DNA of 64,000 bases from a bacterium (lineage in GTDB: Bacteria; Zhuqueibacterota; Zhuqueibacteria; Oceanimicrobiales; Oceanimicrobiaceae). The DNA lies in the NCBI GenBank assembly GCA_037446635.1, contig JBBIIG010000004.1, positions 100,859-164,858 of the forward strand, written 5' to 3'. Positions 39,723 through 48,639 of the stretch are shown here, piece after piece. Both the position numbers and the translations under genes were made by a program. The first letter of the stretch is position 1. Each line of letters starts with the position of its first letter. The notes below the pieces were generated by a model that had not been told where the DNA came from, did no database searches, and saw only the letters and a list, made by a program, of their open reading frames with translations.

Positions 39723-40373
39723 ATGGATCATCGCAAAAACAGTTTGGCAGCCGGCGGCTTCCTGATTTTTCTCGGAACGCTACTCTTGTTAAACAACTTC
39801 GATTTCATTTTTCTGCGTGACGAAATGTCGGTCGCGGTTTCATTTCTGGCAGTGAGCGGCCTTTGCCTTTTACGCTACCTCCAAACCCAACGCATGAGCA
39901 CACTCATTTTTTCGGCTATTTTTTTGTTCATCGGCGTGGCTATTCTCATCGACGCCACGGGCATTGTTGACAGCTCGCTCATCGGAACGCTTTTATTTTG
40001 GGAGTTAGCGGCCTTGTTCACCGTGGGCTATCTGAGAAATTCCGAAAAATGGGGACTGATCATTCCGGCGGGAATTCTTTTTACACTGGGGCTGATCGTG
40101 CTGATGCACAATCAAAGTTACGTCAACGACGATTTGGCCGGCGGCACGTTTTTCCTCGGCCTCGGCTTAACGTCCGGCTTGCTTTATCTGCTCCACCGGC
40201 TGGAATGGGCCAGAGTCGCTGCCATCATCTTGATCCTGTTTTCGGGGTTCATATATTTCACCACCACCGATTCGCTTCTGGCCAACCTGCTTCTGCCCGT
40301 AACGTTTATCGCCCTGGGCAGCTATTTAGTGCTAAAGTCTGTTCAGAATAAACCGATAAATAAAACAGTTTGA
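39723..40373 (+). CDS. Hypothetical polytopic membrane protein (LiaF/LiaI-like TM region)
   Basis: 216 aa; ~6 TM segments; N-terminal GGFLIFLGTLLLLNNF resembles the N-terminus of the protein at 53800. Confidence 0.4.
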   Translation: MDHRKNSLAAGGFLIFLGTLLLLNNFDFIFLRDEMSVAVSFLAVSGLCLLRYLQTQRMSTLIFSAIFLFIGVAILIDATGIVDSSLIGTLLFWELAALFTVGYLRNSEKWGLIIPAGILFTLGLIVLMHNQSYVNDDLAGGTFFLGLGLTSGLLYLLHRLEWARVAAIILILFSGFIYFTTTDSLLANLLLPVTFIALGSYLVLKSVQNKPINKTV

Positions 40374-40433
40374 GAGCTTAAATCTTCTTTCCTCCTCCCA
40401 AAGGCTGGTGCATTTGCGCCGGCCTTTTTTATT

Positions 40434-40821
40434 TTATGGGGCTGATAACTTTTTCGATCTCTTCAGCAGATTTACCAATGAAATGGGCTCGCTGGCAAGA
40501 ATGTTGTCCTCGGAACCTTCGTGCACATGATGGGGATAACCTTTTGCTTGAGGATGATGTGGTGCATTGTCCCAACGCTTCAATAATTTTTGCTGAGAGT
40601 TTTGCCAATGGTAAGAATAACTCAGACGCTCAGGGCGTCCCGCCTCGAACGATAAATATTCGGAAATCTCCAACAAATCGCCATTTATTAAAGTAACACG
40701 AATCCGTATATAAGCAGCATCGATGGTGGCGAAAATTTTTTTTATTGACTACCTTAACTTCGCTGGCATATTTCCAGTTCGATAATTCTTGCTCAATCCG
40801 CTGCAGATAGCTTTTCTTCAA
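40434..40821 (-). pseudogene. DUF6516-like (TumE-like toxin family) gene with a frameshift in an A/T homopolymer
   Basis: Own translation: the N-terminal frame MKKSYLQRIEQELSNWKYASEVKVVNKK... switches in the run ggcgaaaatttttttt (~40727-40745) to ...IFATIDAAYIRIRVTLINGDLLEISEYLSFEAGRPERLSYSYHWQNSQQKLLKRWDNAPHHP...HHVHEG. Confidence 0.45.
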
Positions 40822-41077
40822 GAGTCTCGCTAAGCTCCTTTTCTAGATCTCTAATTTTATTGAGCCGTTTTTTGCTGATATCATAAAAGGCATACCATTC
40901 AAAAAAATCTGTTTCGTGAGCGAGCTCGCCTCGACTAAACTTTTTGAAGAATTCTTGAGAAGGCATATTATAGTTGTTTTCGAACTGCTGCAAGTTTTGC
41001 AATACATCGCCTAAATCTGTGTAGCAGTCTTTCACTTTCTCATTTAGGATTGATAATTCCGGAATAAGGCTGTTCAT
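40793..41077 (-). CDS. Hypothetical small protein, putative cognate partner of the DUF6516-like gene
   Basis: 94 aa; overlaps the downstream gene by 29 nt; AT-rich. Confidence 0.35.
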   Translation of the reverse strand: MNSLIPELSILNEKVKDCYTDLGDVLQNLQQFENNYNMPSQEFFKKFSRGELAHETDFFEWYAFYDISKKRLNKIRDLEKELSETLEEKLSAAD

Positions 41078-41223
41078 AAAAATTTCCTGAAAATTTTGGT
41101 CATTTGAAATTTAACACTTCAATGAGAAAAGTCAATTTTTTCATTGCTTGATTTTTTACTTCGTGAATTGTATATTTGCCCACAAAAATTACGGCACCGG
41201 ACTCGCAAAAGGAAATTTGGACG

Positions 41224-42177
41224 ATGGCAAAAGAACACCACAACGGCCAGGCTGAACAAGAGCTGATTGAAAAAATTCGCAACGGATTCATGGTGGAGTC
41301 GGAGGAAGACATGACGCCGGGATACAAAAAAGCGCTGCTCACCCAACTCACCGTGCAGGGCGACACCGAATTAATGAGCGCGCCGGCCTATTACCTCGCC
41401 TCCAAAGATGCGCCCACCATCAACAGCCGCATCGCGGTCACCGCAATCATCCATGACGAGTTGGGCCACGCCAACATCGCGTACCGAATTATGGAAGACC
41501 TCGGGGTGGACAAGCACTGGCTGATTTACGGCCGCGCGCCCCATGAATTCAAGCATCCCTACGGCTTCGACCAGCCGCTGGAAAACTGGGCGGAGATGGT
41601 GGTGGCTAACGGCTTTTTCGACCGCGCCGGCATCTGCCTGTTGGGCGACGTCCACGAAAACACCAGCTACGGCCCCCTCAAGCGGGCGCTGGTGAAAGTG
41701 GACCGCGAAGAAATTTTGCACCTCCGCCACGGCGAATCGTGGATGCGGCGGCTCGCCAAAGCCGGCGGCGAGGCCAAAGAGCTTTTGCAGCGCGCAGTGG
41801 ATTGGATGTTTCCCATGACCCTCGAGTGGTTCGGCCTGCCCGACGATCGCAAACATCACAGCGGACAGTTGGAATATCGCCTCAAGGGCAAAACCAACGA
41901 TCAACTGCGCCAGACCTGGATGTCCGCCACCGTGCCCCTCTGCGAAAGCATCGGCATCCACGTGCCCGCCCATTTTGACCGCGCCAAAAACGAATACGTC
42001 ATCGACTACCCCTTCCCCTGCGACTACGACCCGCAGGAAAAGCGCTGGTTGTTCAATAAACCGGTTTCGTGGGATGACGTCTTCCAACGCTGGAAAGCGC
42101 GCGGCCCGATGAACAAGAAATATGTGGAAATGGTGCAGGGCGATCTCAACGGCTTGTTCGGAGGACGGCGTTGGTAA
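41224..42177 (+). CDS. paaA: 1,2-phenylacetyl-CoA epoxidase subunit A-like diiron oxygenase
   Basis: ATG start MAKEHHNGQ; ferritin-like diiron ligand motifs (HDELGH, E...H); the raw track start is a TTG further upstream. Confidence 0.78.
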   Translation: MAKEHHNGQAEQELIEKIRNGFMVESEEDMTPGYKKALLTQLTVQGDTELMSAPAYYLASKDAPTINSRIAVTAIIHDELGHANIAYRIMEDLGVDKHWLIYGRAPHEFKHPYGFDQPLENWAEMVVANGFFDRAGICLLGDVHENTSYGPLKRALVKVDREEILHLRHGESWMRRLAKAGGEAKELLQRAVDWMFPMTLEWFGLPDDRKHHSGQLEYRLKGKTNDQLRQTWMSATVPLCESIGIHVPAHFDRAKNEYVIDYPFPCDYDPQEKRWLFNKPVSWDDVFQRWKARGPMNKKYVEMVQGDLNGLFGGRRW

Positions 42178-42482
42178 CCACCGAGCAAGTCTGGAACGCG
42201 CTTCGCCAGGTCACCGACCCGGAATACCCGCTCAGCATTGTTGATCTGGGGATGGTCTATGACGTCGCGGTTCAGGATGGCGACGTTCATCTTACCATCA
42301 CCTTCACGGCCATTGGCTGCCCCGCTATTGACATGATCATTGCCGATATCAAAGAAGCCGTGCATCGCCTTCCCGGAGTAACGAATTTGAACGTGGAAGT
42401 GGTTTGGAATCCGCCGTGGACAAAAGAAAAAATCAGCGAGCGCGGCCGAGAAATTTTGCAATATTACGGAGTCGGCGTTTAA
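42171..42482 (+). CDS. paaD: PaaD-like (DUF59/MIP18-family metal-sulfur cluster protein)
   Basis: 103 aa; VWNALRQVTDPEYPLSIVDLGMVYDV...TAIGCP. Confidence 0.7.
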   Translation: MVTTEQVWNALRQVTDPEYPLSIVDLGMVYDVAVQDGDVHLTITFTAIGCPAIDMIIADIKEAVHRLPGVTNLNVEVVWNPPWTKEKISERGREILQYYGVGV

Positions 42483-42494
42483 TCAGGAGAGTAG

Positions 42495-42710
42495 ATGCCA
42501 AAAGAACGAGTTTATGAAGTCTTCGCACGTAAAACCCATAAAGAGCCGTTGATGCATGTGGGCAGCATCAACGCCGCTGATGACGACCTGGCCAAAGTTT
42601 ATGCCTGGACCATGTACGACGAAGAAAGCTGGGTGGAAATGTGCGTGGCGCCGCGCGACGCCTTCATCACAGTGACGCACGATCGTAAAATTCCGGTCTG
42701 GGGAAATTGA
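42495..42710 (+). CDS. paaB: 1,2-phenylacetyl-CoA epoxidase subunit B-like
   Basis: 71 aa; YEVFARKTHKEPLMHVGSINAADDDLAKVYAWTMYDE. Confidence 0.72.
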   Translation: MPKERVYEVFARKTHKEPLMHVGSINAADDDLAKVYAWTMYDEESWVEMCVAPRDAFITVTHDRKIPVWGN

Positions 42711-42719
42711 TGTCTGGAG

Positions 42720-42795
42720 GCAGTAAGCAGTTGGCAATTGGCAGAGAAAAGTTGCCTACTGCTTACTGCTTACTGCTAACTGCCAACTGCCAACT
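42720..42795. repeat. Family B composite hairpin repeat
   Basis: gcagtaagcagttggcaattggcag-agaaaagttgcc-tactgcttactgcttactgctaactgccaactgccaac. Confidence 0.55.
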
Positions 42796-42806
42796 TTAGT
42801 GGTTGA

Positions 42807-43655
42807 ATGAAAATGAAATACAAAGAATTTGAATCTACCGAAAACATGAGCGTCGAGTGCAAAGACGCGCTGCGCAATCTGCTTCTCGCCTGCGCCGACA
42901 CCAAACTTTTATTGGGATACCACTACGGCGAATGGACGTTTGGCCCGCCGCAATTGGAGGCGGCCATCGCTTGCTGTTCTCTCTGCCAGAGCGAGCTCGG
43001 TCACGTGCGGCTGCTGCACGGCATCCTTAACGCCCACTACAACGACGACCCCGATGCGCTGGTGGAAAATCGTCAACCCGCGGAGTTTGCCAACATCGCC
43101 TATCTCGATCATGAAATTGAGAACTGGGCGGATTTTGTGGCCGCGAATTATCTGGTGGATTTGGCCGTTACAACTCTCTTCTTTTCGATGAAAAACTCCT
43201 CCTTCAAACCCCTGCACATGAGTCTGGAAAAAATGCTGCAAGAAGAACGCTATCACATTCATCATGGGCAGGGTTGGTTTCGCACACTGGCGCAAAAAAA
43301 CGCGCGCACCAAAAAAGCGATTGCCAAAAGCGCGCAAACGGCGTTAACCAAAATCGTGGAGTGGTTTGGGCCGCCGGATTCCGACGACGACAAACGGCTG
43401 GTGGAGGCCGGCATCAAATCCGAGCACAACGAGGTGATTTTAGGCTCATTTCTGAACGAAGTCGCCGCAGTTGCGGACAGCCTCCGGCTCGATTTGGGAC
43501 TCGCAAAAAGCAAAAACAAAGGTTGGAAATTGGATCATCCAATTAAATGGAACGGTTGGAATCCCAAAACGCGCCGCATCAACGGCAGCGGTCCAGATGA
43601 ACGCATTTTATACCATCTTCGCGGCAGCAAAAACAAAGTCTTCAAATTAAATTAA
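42807..43655 (+). CDS. paaC: 1,2-phenylacetyl-CoA epoxidase subunit C-like
   Basis: 282 aa ferritin-like structural subunit: LLLGYHYGEWTFGPPQLEAAIA... Confidence 0.68.
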   Translation: MKMKYKEFESTENMSVECKDALRNLLLACADTKLLLGYHYGEWTFGPPQLEAAIACCSLCQSELGHVRLLHGILNAHYNDDPDALVENRQPAEFANIAYLDHEIENWADFVAANYLVDLAVTTLFFSMKNSSFKPLHMSLEKMLQEERYHIHHGQGWFRTLAQKNARTKKAIAKSAQTALTKIVEWFGPPDSDDDKRLVEAGIKSEHNEVILGSFLNEVAAVADSLRLDLGLAKSKNKGWKLDHPIKWNGWNPKTRRINGSGPDERILYHLRGSKNKVFKLN

Positions 43656-43656
43656 A

Positions 43657-43851
43657 ATGGAATCGCCCAGGAAAACGTGTCCCTTTTGCGGGTCAAACGA
43701 TACGCAAAAGCAGTCCGACTTCGGTACGTCGGTGATGGTTAAGCAGTACTACTGCAACAACTGCCGAACGGTGTTCGAGTGGATCAAATGGGGCGATGAC
43801 GACGCGTTAGACGTGCCTGAGTTTTTGAGGGAAAAGATCGCAAAGCCTTAG
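43657..43851 (+). CDS. Small zinc-ribbon protein
   Basis: 64 aa; CPFCGS ... CNNCRT pairs of CxxC. Confidence 0.4.
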   Translation: MESPRKTCPFCGSNDTQKQSDFGTSVMVKQYYCNNCRTVFEWIKWGDDDALDVPEFLREKIAKP

Positions 43852-43868
43852 TACTAACTGCACAGAGT

Positions 43869-44155
43869 ATGACTAAATCTGACAAACGTTTCTATGGAAA
43901 AAAGAAAAATAAACTTCCAGAATTTTCAAGTCTGAAGGACTTAATTGATTTTTGGGAAGAAGAAGATCTAACAAAATATGAAGATGAATTTGTTGAGGTA
44001 TCAGATCTGAAAATCAACATCAAAGAACGAATGTATTTGCCAGACACAATTCAAAATGTATGAAAAACTCGACTCAATTGCGTCAGCCAAAGGCATCAAG
44101 GTCGAGGAACTAATTCGTCAAATTTTAAATGAAAAGTTGTCGGAACTAGCTTAAT
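43869..44155 (+). pseudogene. CopG/RHH-type antitoxin-like gene split into two frames
   Basis: The N-terminal ORF ...LPEFSSLKDLIDFWEEEDLTKYEDEFVEV has the typical N-terminus of this antitoxin family. A second frame (44060-44155) reads MYEKLDSIASAKGIKVEELIRQILNEKL, which is the RHH-like C-terminus. No toxin gene is adjacent. Confidence 0.35.
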
Positions 44156-44163
44156 TTACAGCC

Positions 44164-45246
44164 TTGCCAAACCAAACCTGCATAATCACCTTCCGTGTTC
44201 ACGCGCCACAAAATTCAATAAGCGATACCATCTTCATCACCGGCAACCACCGCCGTCTCGGCAAATGGAAGCCCGACGCGGTGCCGCTGGTGAGACGGCC
44301 AAAAGGCTACTGGGAAAAAACCTTAGAGTTCCCAAAAAACATCCGACTCTCCTATAAAGTGACGCGCGGCTCGTGGAATACCGAAGAGGTGTTGGAAAGC
44401 AATCGCCAACTCGTGGTTAAAAAGCATCAAATCGTCGATATTAAAGTGGCCGACTGGCGCGATCAGATTTCCAAGTCTGGGAATATCATTGGCGAGGTCA
44501 ACTACCACAAAGATTTTAAATCAAACTATTTAAAACATCCGCGCACCCTCATCGTCTGGCTGCCGCCCAGCTACCACAAAACCACCCGTAAGCGCTACCC
44601 CGTGCTGTACATGCACGACGGCCAGAATATCATCGATCCGGCAACCTCCTTTGCCGGCGTGGACTGGCAGGTGGATGAAACCGCCGACCAATTGATCCGC
44701 CAAAAAAAGATCGAAGAAATCATCGTGGTGGGAATTTACAACTCCCCCGATCGGCTCAAAGAATACTCGGACACCCCGAAGGGCCGAAAGTACATGAAGT
44801 TTCTCATCAAAGAAGTGAAGCCGTTCATCGACATCACCTACCGCACCCAACCCGACCGCAGCAACACCGCCGTGATGGGCTCGTCGATGGGAGGACTCAT
44901 CTCCCTCTACCTCATTTTAAAACACCCGGAGGTCTTCTCGAAAGCGGGCTGCCTTTCCAGCACGCTGGGCTGGCGCAAAGGTGAAATATTAAAACTGATC
45001 AGCAAAACCAAACATCTGCCAAAAGATATCCGCATTTATTTTGATCACGGCGGCGTCGGCGGTGAAACTTCCGGATTGCCCTATTTTCGAAAACTAAGAA
45101 AGCTGCTGCTTAAAAAAGGAATGCGGGAGGGAAACGACTTTTTGTGCTTTTACGATAAGCAGGGCGACCATTCCGAGCGCGCCTGGGCGCAGCGCCTCTG
45201 GCGGCCTCTGACTTTTTTGTTCGGAAAAACAACAGGAAAGCATTAA
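44164..45246 (+). CDS. Esterase-family alpha/beta hydrolase with an N-terminal carbohydrate-binding (CBM20/48-like) domain
   Basis: 360 aa; the N-terminus ITFRVHAP...IFITGNHRRLGKWKP is starch-binding-like; the esterase region has VLYMHDGQN and the GSSMGG nucleophile elbow. Confidence 0.65.
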   Translation: MPNQTCIITFRVHAPQNSISDTIFITGNHRRLGKWKPDAVPLVRRPKGYWEKTLEFPKNIRLSYKVTRGSWNTEEVLESNRQLVVKKHQIVDIKVADWRDQISKSGNIIGEVNYHKDFKSNYLKHPRTLIVWLPPSYHKTTRKRYPVLYMHDGQNIIDPATSFAGVDWQVDETADQLIRQKKIEEIIVVGIYNSPDRLKEYSDTPKGRKYMKFLIKEVKPFIDITYRTQPDRSNTAVMGSSMGGLISLYLILKHPEVFSKAGCLSSTLGWRKGEILKLISKTKHLPKDIRIYFDHGGVGGETSGLPYFRKLRKLLLKKGMREGNDFLCFYDKQGDHSERAWAQRLWRPLTFLFGKTTGKH

Positions 45247-45292
45247 ATGGATTGATGAATTAATGTCTCTGCCTTCATTAATCCATCAATCT
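45247..45292. repeat. Family A hairpin between convergent genes
   Basis: tggattgatgaattaatg-tctctgcc-ttcattaatccatcaatc. Confidence 0.55.
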
Positions 45293-45315
45293 CGTTAGTC
45301 TATTTTGTAAACCCC

Positions 45316-45807
45316 TCACTTTTCCGATCCGGAGGTTTTCTGCAATTGCCTGAGCGGCAAAACCGTCGTCTCCTTCGGGCTGGAGAGCACCACGCTGGTG
45401 CGGGTGCTCAACACTCCCGGCCACGACTGGATTCGCGACAGCAAACTCTCCAGCGCCGACGTGTTTTGGGTTCGTACTTTTAACAGGTGCGAACCCTCAC
45501 CAGTGATGGCGTGGCATTCGAGGATTTCGTCCTCTTTCTGCGCGTGCTCGATCACTTTCGGATAAGACTTGGAGGATTCGGTGGTGATGAAAATAAACGC
45601 CGTCACCTCCAACCCCACTTTGCGAGCGTCTAATATCGCGTTGAAACTTCGGATGACGCCGTCCTCTTCCAACTTCCGCAGGCGCTCACTGATCGAAGGG
45701 ATCGACAGCCCCACTTTTTCCGCCAGCTCGTTGCGTTTGGTGCGGCCGTGAGCCTGCAAAATGGTCAGCAGCGTCAGGTCGGTTTCATCAAATTTGTGTG
45801 TGTGCAT
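45316..45807 (-). CDS. Lrp/AsnC family transcriptional regulator
   Basis: 163 aa; HTH LDETDLTLLTILQAHGRTKRNELAEKVGLSIPSISERLRKLEEDGVI plus a RAM domain. Confidence 0.85.
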   Translation of the reverse strand: MHTHKFDETDLTLLTILQAHGRTKRNELAEKVGLSIPSISERLRKLEEDGVIRSFNAILDARKVGLEVTAFIFITTESSKSYPKVIEHAQKEDEILECHAITGEGSHLLKVRTQNTSALESLLSRIQSWPGVLSTRTSVVLSSPKETTVLPLRQLQKTSGSEK

Positions 45808-47102
45808 CAGGTCAACTCTTTTGGAATTTCAGCGCCGTTGTTTTTGGTTTTAGCGCCGGCGTTTTGCAAAAGCCCCGGCAGATCCAATCCCGTCGCATTT
45901 TTCAACTGCTCGATCAGCGTGATCGCCGAGCCGGTCAGATTTTTCACGTGCGTCGGCAAGCCGTTGCCGTTTCCGGAATCCAGCACCGTCAATTTTTCGA
46001 TGTGTAGGTTGTCAGCAACCACTTTGGTAACTTTATCGAGAAGCTCCGGCAGCATTTGGATGAGGAACAGCTCGCGGGTTTTACCATCCTTCCACTGTTC
46101 CTGCATCAGTTTGATGGCCTCGGCGGTGGCTTTGCCGTCTTCTAAAATTTTGGCGGCCTCGCCCTGCGCTTTTAGTTCTTCCGCCTGCTTCTCAGCTTCG
46201 GCGGGCACCACCACTTCTGCCAGATACTTTTTGCGATTCAGCTCCACGCGGCCGGCTTCTAATTTTTTCTCTTCTTCCACTTTGGCGATTTCTCCCGCAA
46301 CTTTAGCGCGCTGTTCAGCGCGGTTGGTTTCCGCGGCCAAATTGGCGCGATGAACGTGTAACTTATTTTCCGCCTCGGTGATGACCATCTCGGCTTCGGC
46401 CTCCGCCACACTGCCTTTGCGTTTCTGTTCGGCTGAAACGACCCGCGCCTCGGCTTCGGCGGTGGCCTCGGCGATGCGGGCGTTTTTCACCACTTCCGCA
46501 TTTTTCTTGCGGCCGATGGCTTCGAGGTAACCCTGGTCGTCGGAGATATTTTGGATGCGGATGAAATCCAGCACCAGTCCCAATTTCTGCAGATCTTTGC
46601 GCGCCTGCTCCGCCACCTGCTCGGCGATCTCCATGCGCTGGGCGTTGGCTTCCTCGGGCGTGACCGTCGCCAGCACGCCGCGCAAACTGCCTTCGATGGT
46701 CTCTTTAGCCACTTGTGAAATTTCATTGAGATTCTTACCAAGAAAACGCTCGATGGCGTTGGAGAGTCCATCTTTTTCGCTGCCAGCAATTTTCACGTTG
46801 GCGCGGCCATCCACGTTGATGGGGATGATGCCTTTCGCCAGCGCTTTGGTGATGTTGATGGCGATGGGAATGTTGTTGAGCGGCAGCCGCTGCACCGATT
46901 CGATGATGGGCAGCTTGAAGCCCCGTCCCCCTTTGATGACGCGATAACCAACGAACGAGCCATCGGGTAATTTGCGCCGGCGCCCGGAGATGATGAGCAC
47001 CTCATTGGGCTGGCAAATCACCAAATTGGCTTTAATGAAAACGATGACTAGCATCATGGCGATGATCCCCGCGCCAATGCCGATGCCGATGAATTGTGAC
47101 AT
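45807..47102 (-). CDS. Flotillin-like SPFH/band-7 protein
   Basis: 431 aa; N-terminal TM; SPFH domain; a long Ala/Glu-rich coiled-coil repeat region (AEAEARVVSAEQKRKGSVAEAEAEMVITEAE...). Confidence 0.8.
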   Translation of the reverse strand: MSQFIGIGIGAGIIAMMLVIVFIKANLVICQPNEVLIISGRRRKLPDGSFVGYRVIKGGRGFKLPIIESVQRLPLNNIPIAINITKALAKGIIPINVDGRANVKIAGSEKDGLSNAIERFLGKNLNEISQVAKETIEGSLRGVLATVTPEEANAQRMEIAEQVAEQARKDLQKLGLVLDFIRIQNISDDQGYLEAIGRKKNAEVVKNARIAEATAEAEARVVSAEQKRKGSVAEAEAEMVITEAENKLHVHRANLAAETNRAEQRAKVAGEIAKVEEEKKLEAGRVELNRKKYLAEVVVPAEAEKQAEELKAQGEAAKILEDGKATAEAIKLMQEQWKDGKTRELFLIQMLPELLDKVTKVVADNLHIEKLTVLDSGNGNGLPTHVKNLTGSAITLIEQLKNATGLDLPGLLQNAGAKTKNNGAEIPKELT

Positions 47103-47145
47103 ATCTGCCTCCTGTTACGGGTTCAAGTTTTTTTGAAAATCAACT

Positions 47146-48585
47146 CTAACAATCAAAATACAACGCGAACTCGCTGGGATGCGGCCGCAAGCGAATGTAA
47201 TCGATCTCGCGCGCGCGTTTGTAATCGAGCCAGACGCGAATCAAATCCTCGGTGAACACTCCGCCTTTGAGCAAGAATTCATGATCCTGCTCCAACGCGC
47301 TCATGGCTTCTTCAAGCGAACCCGGGGTGCCTTTTATTTTCTTGCCGTTTTGATGGGCGAGTTCGTAAATGTCCTCGTCAATCGGCGGCGGCGGCTGGAT
47401 ACGGTTTTGAATGCCGTCGATTCCCGCCATCAATATTGCAGCGAATGCCAGATACGGATTGCAGGTTGAATCCGGCGTGCGGAACTCGATACGCTTGGCT
47501 TTTTCGCTGCCGGAATACATCGGCACGCGCACGCAGGCGCTGCGGTTGCGCTGCGAATACACCAGGTTGATGGGCGCCTCATAGCCAGGCACCAGCCGGC
47601 GATAGGAATTCGTCGTCGGCGCGCAGAGAGCACACAGCGCGTGGGCATGATGGAGCAACCCGCCAATAAAATGCTCCGCGATCTCGCTCAACTCGGCGTA
47701 GCGTCCGGTTTGATAAAACAAGTTGCGGCCGTTCTTCCACAGACTGATGTGCACGTGCATACCGGAACCGTTATCCTGAAACAGCGGCTTGGGCATGAAG
47801 GTGACGGTTTTGTTGTAACGTCGCGCCACGTTTTTGATCACGTATTTATACTTCAGCGCGCGGTCAGCCATGCTCACCAGCGTATTGAAGCGGATACCGA
47901 TTTCCGACTGTCCGCCTGAAGCCACCTCGTGGTGATGCACTTCGGCTTCCACGCCCACAGAGCGCAGCACGCTCACCATTTTCGAGCGCAGGTTTTGATA
48001 GGTGTCCGTCGGCGGTACCGGAAAATAGCCTTCTTTCTGGCGGGTTTTGTAACCGAGGTTGGGTTTTTCCTTGCGGCCGGTGTTCCACGCCCCTTCATCG
48101 GAGTCGAGAAAAAAATAGCCCTGGTTGGTACTCTGATGATATCGCACTTCATCAAAAATAAAAAACTCTAATTCCGGCCCGTAGTACGAAACATCGGCGA
48201 TGCCGCTGGTCACGAGATAACGCTCGGCGCGTTGAGCTACGGCGCGGGCGTCGCGGGAATAGATTTTGTGCGTCTGCGGATCTTTGATGTTGCACAAAAA
48301 CGACAGCGTGGGATCGTCCATGAACGGATCGACGAACATGGTGCTGCGATCCGGCACCAGCAGCATGTCGCTTTCGTGAATGCGCTGGAAGCCGCGGATC
48401 GACGAGCCGTCAAAGCCAATACCGTCCACAAAAACCCGCTCATCGAACACTTCGATGGGGATGGTGGTGTGCTGCAGCACGCCCGGTAAATCCACAAACT
48501 TGAAATCGACGAAGCGGATTGCTTGCTCCTTAATGGAGCGCGCCACTTCGCGGGTGGTGATCGTTTCGCCGTTTGTAAAGCTCAT
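47146..48585 (-). CDS. glnA: Glutamine synthetase, type I
   Basis: The start MSFTNGETITTREVARSIKEQAIRFVDFKFVDLPG matches a GS-I N-terminus. The raw ORF's 42-aa N-terminal extension is just translated repeat DNA and is rejected. Confidence 0.9.
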   Translation of the reverse strand: MSFTNGETITTREVARSIKEQAIRFVDFKFVDLPGVLQHTTIPIEVFDERVFVDGIGFDGSSIRGFQRIHESDMLLVPDRSTMFVDPFMDDPTLSFLCNIKDPQTHKIYSRDARAVAQRAERYLVTSGIADVSYYGPELEFFIFDEVRYHQSTNQGYFFLDSDEGAWNTGRKEKPNLGYKTRQKEGYFPVPPTDTYQNLRSKMVSVLRSVGVEAEVHHHEVASGGQSEIGIRFNTLVSMADRALKYKYVIKNVARRYNKTVTFMPKPLFQDNGSGMHVHISLWKNGRNLFYQTGRYAELSEIAEHFIGGLLHHAHALCALCAPTTNSYRRLVPGYEAPINLVYSQRNRSACVRVPMYSGSEKAKRIEFRTPDSTCNPYLAFAAILMAGIDGIQNRIQPPPPIDEDIYELAHQNGKKIKGTPGSLEEAMSALEQDHEFLLKGGVFTEDLIRVWLDYKRAREIDYIRLRPHPSEFALYFDC

Positions 48586-48639
48586 TTTTATTTCTCTCCA
48601 TAAGTTTTGAATATAGTCAATAGTCAGATAGAGGCAAAT

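Noticed and set aside
41176-41223. Track start of paaA at 41176
   Set aside because: Codon at 41176 is TTG; the ATG at 41224 (MAKEHHNGQ) with upstream aagga is preferred, and the longer version would bury the candidate promoter element inside the ORF.
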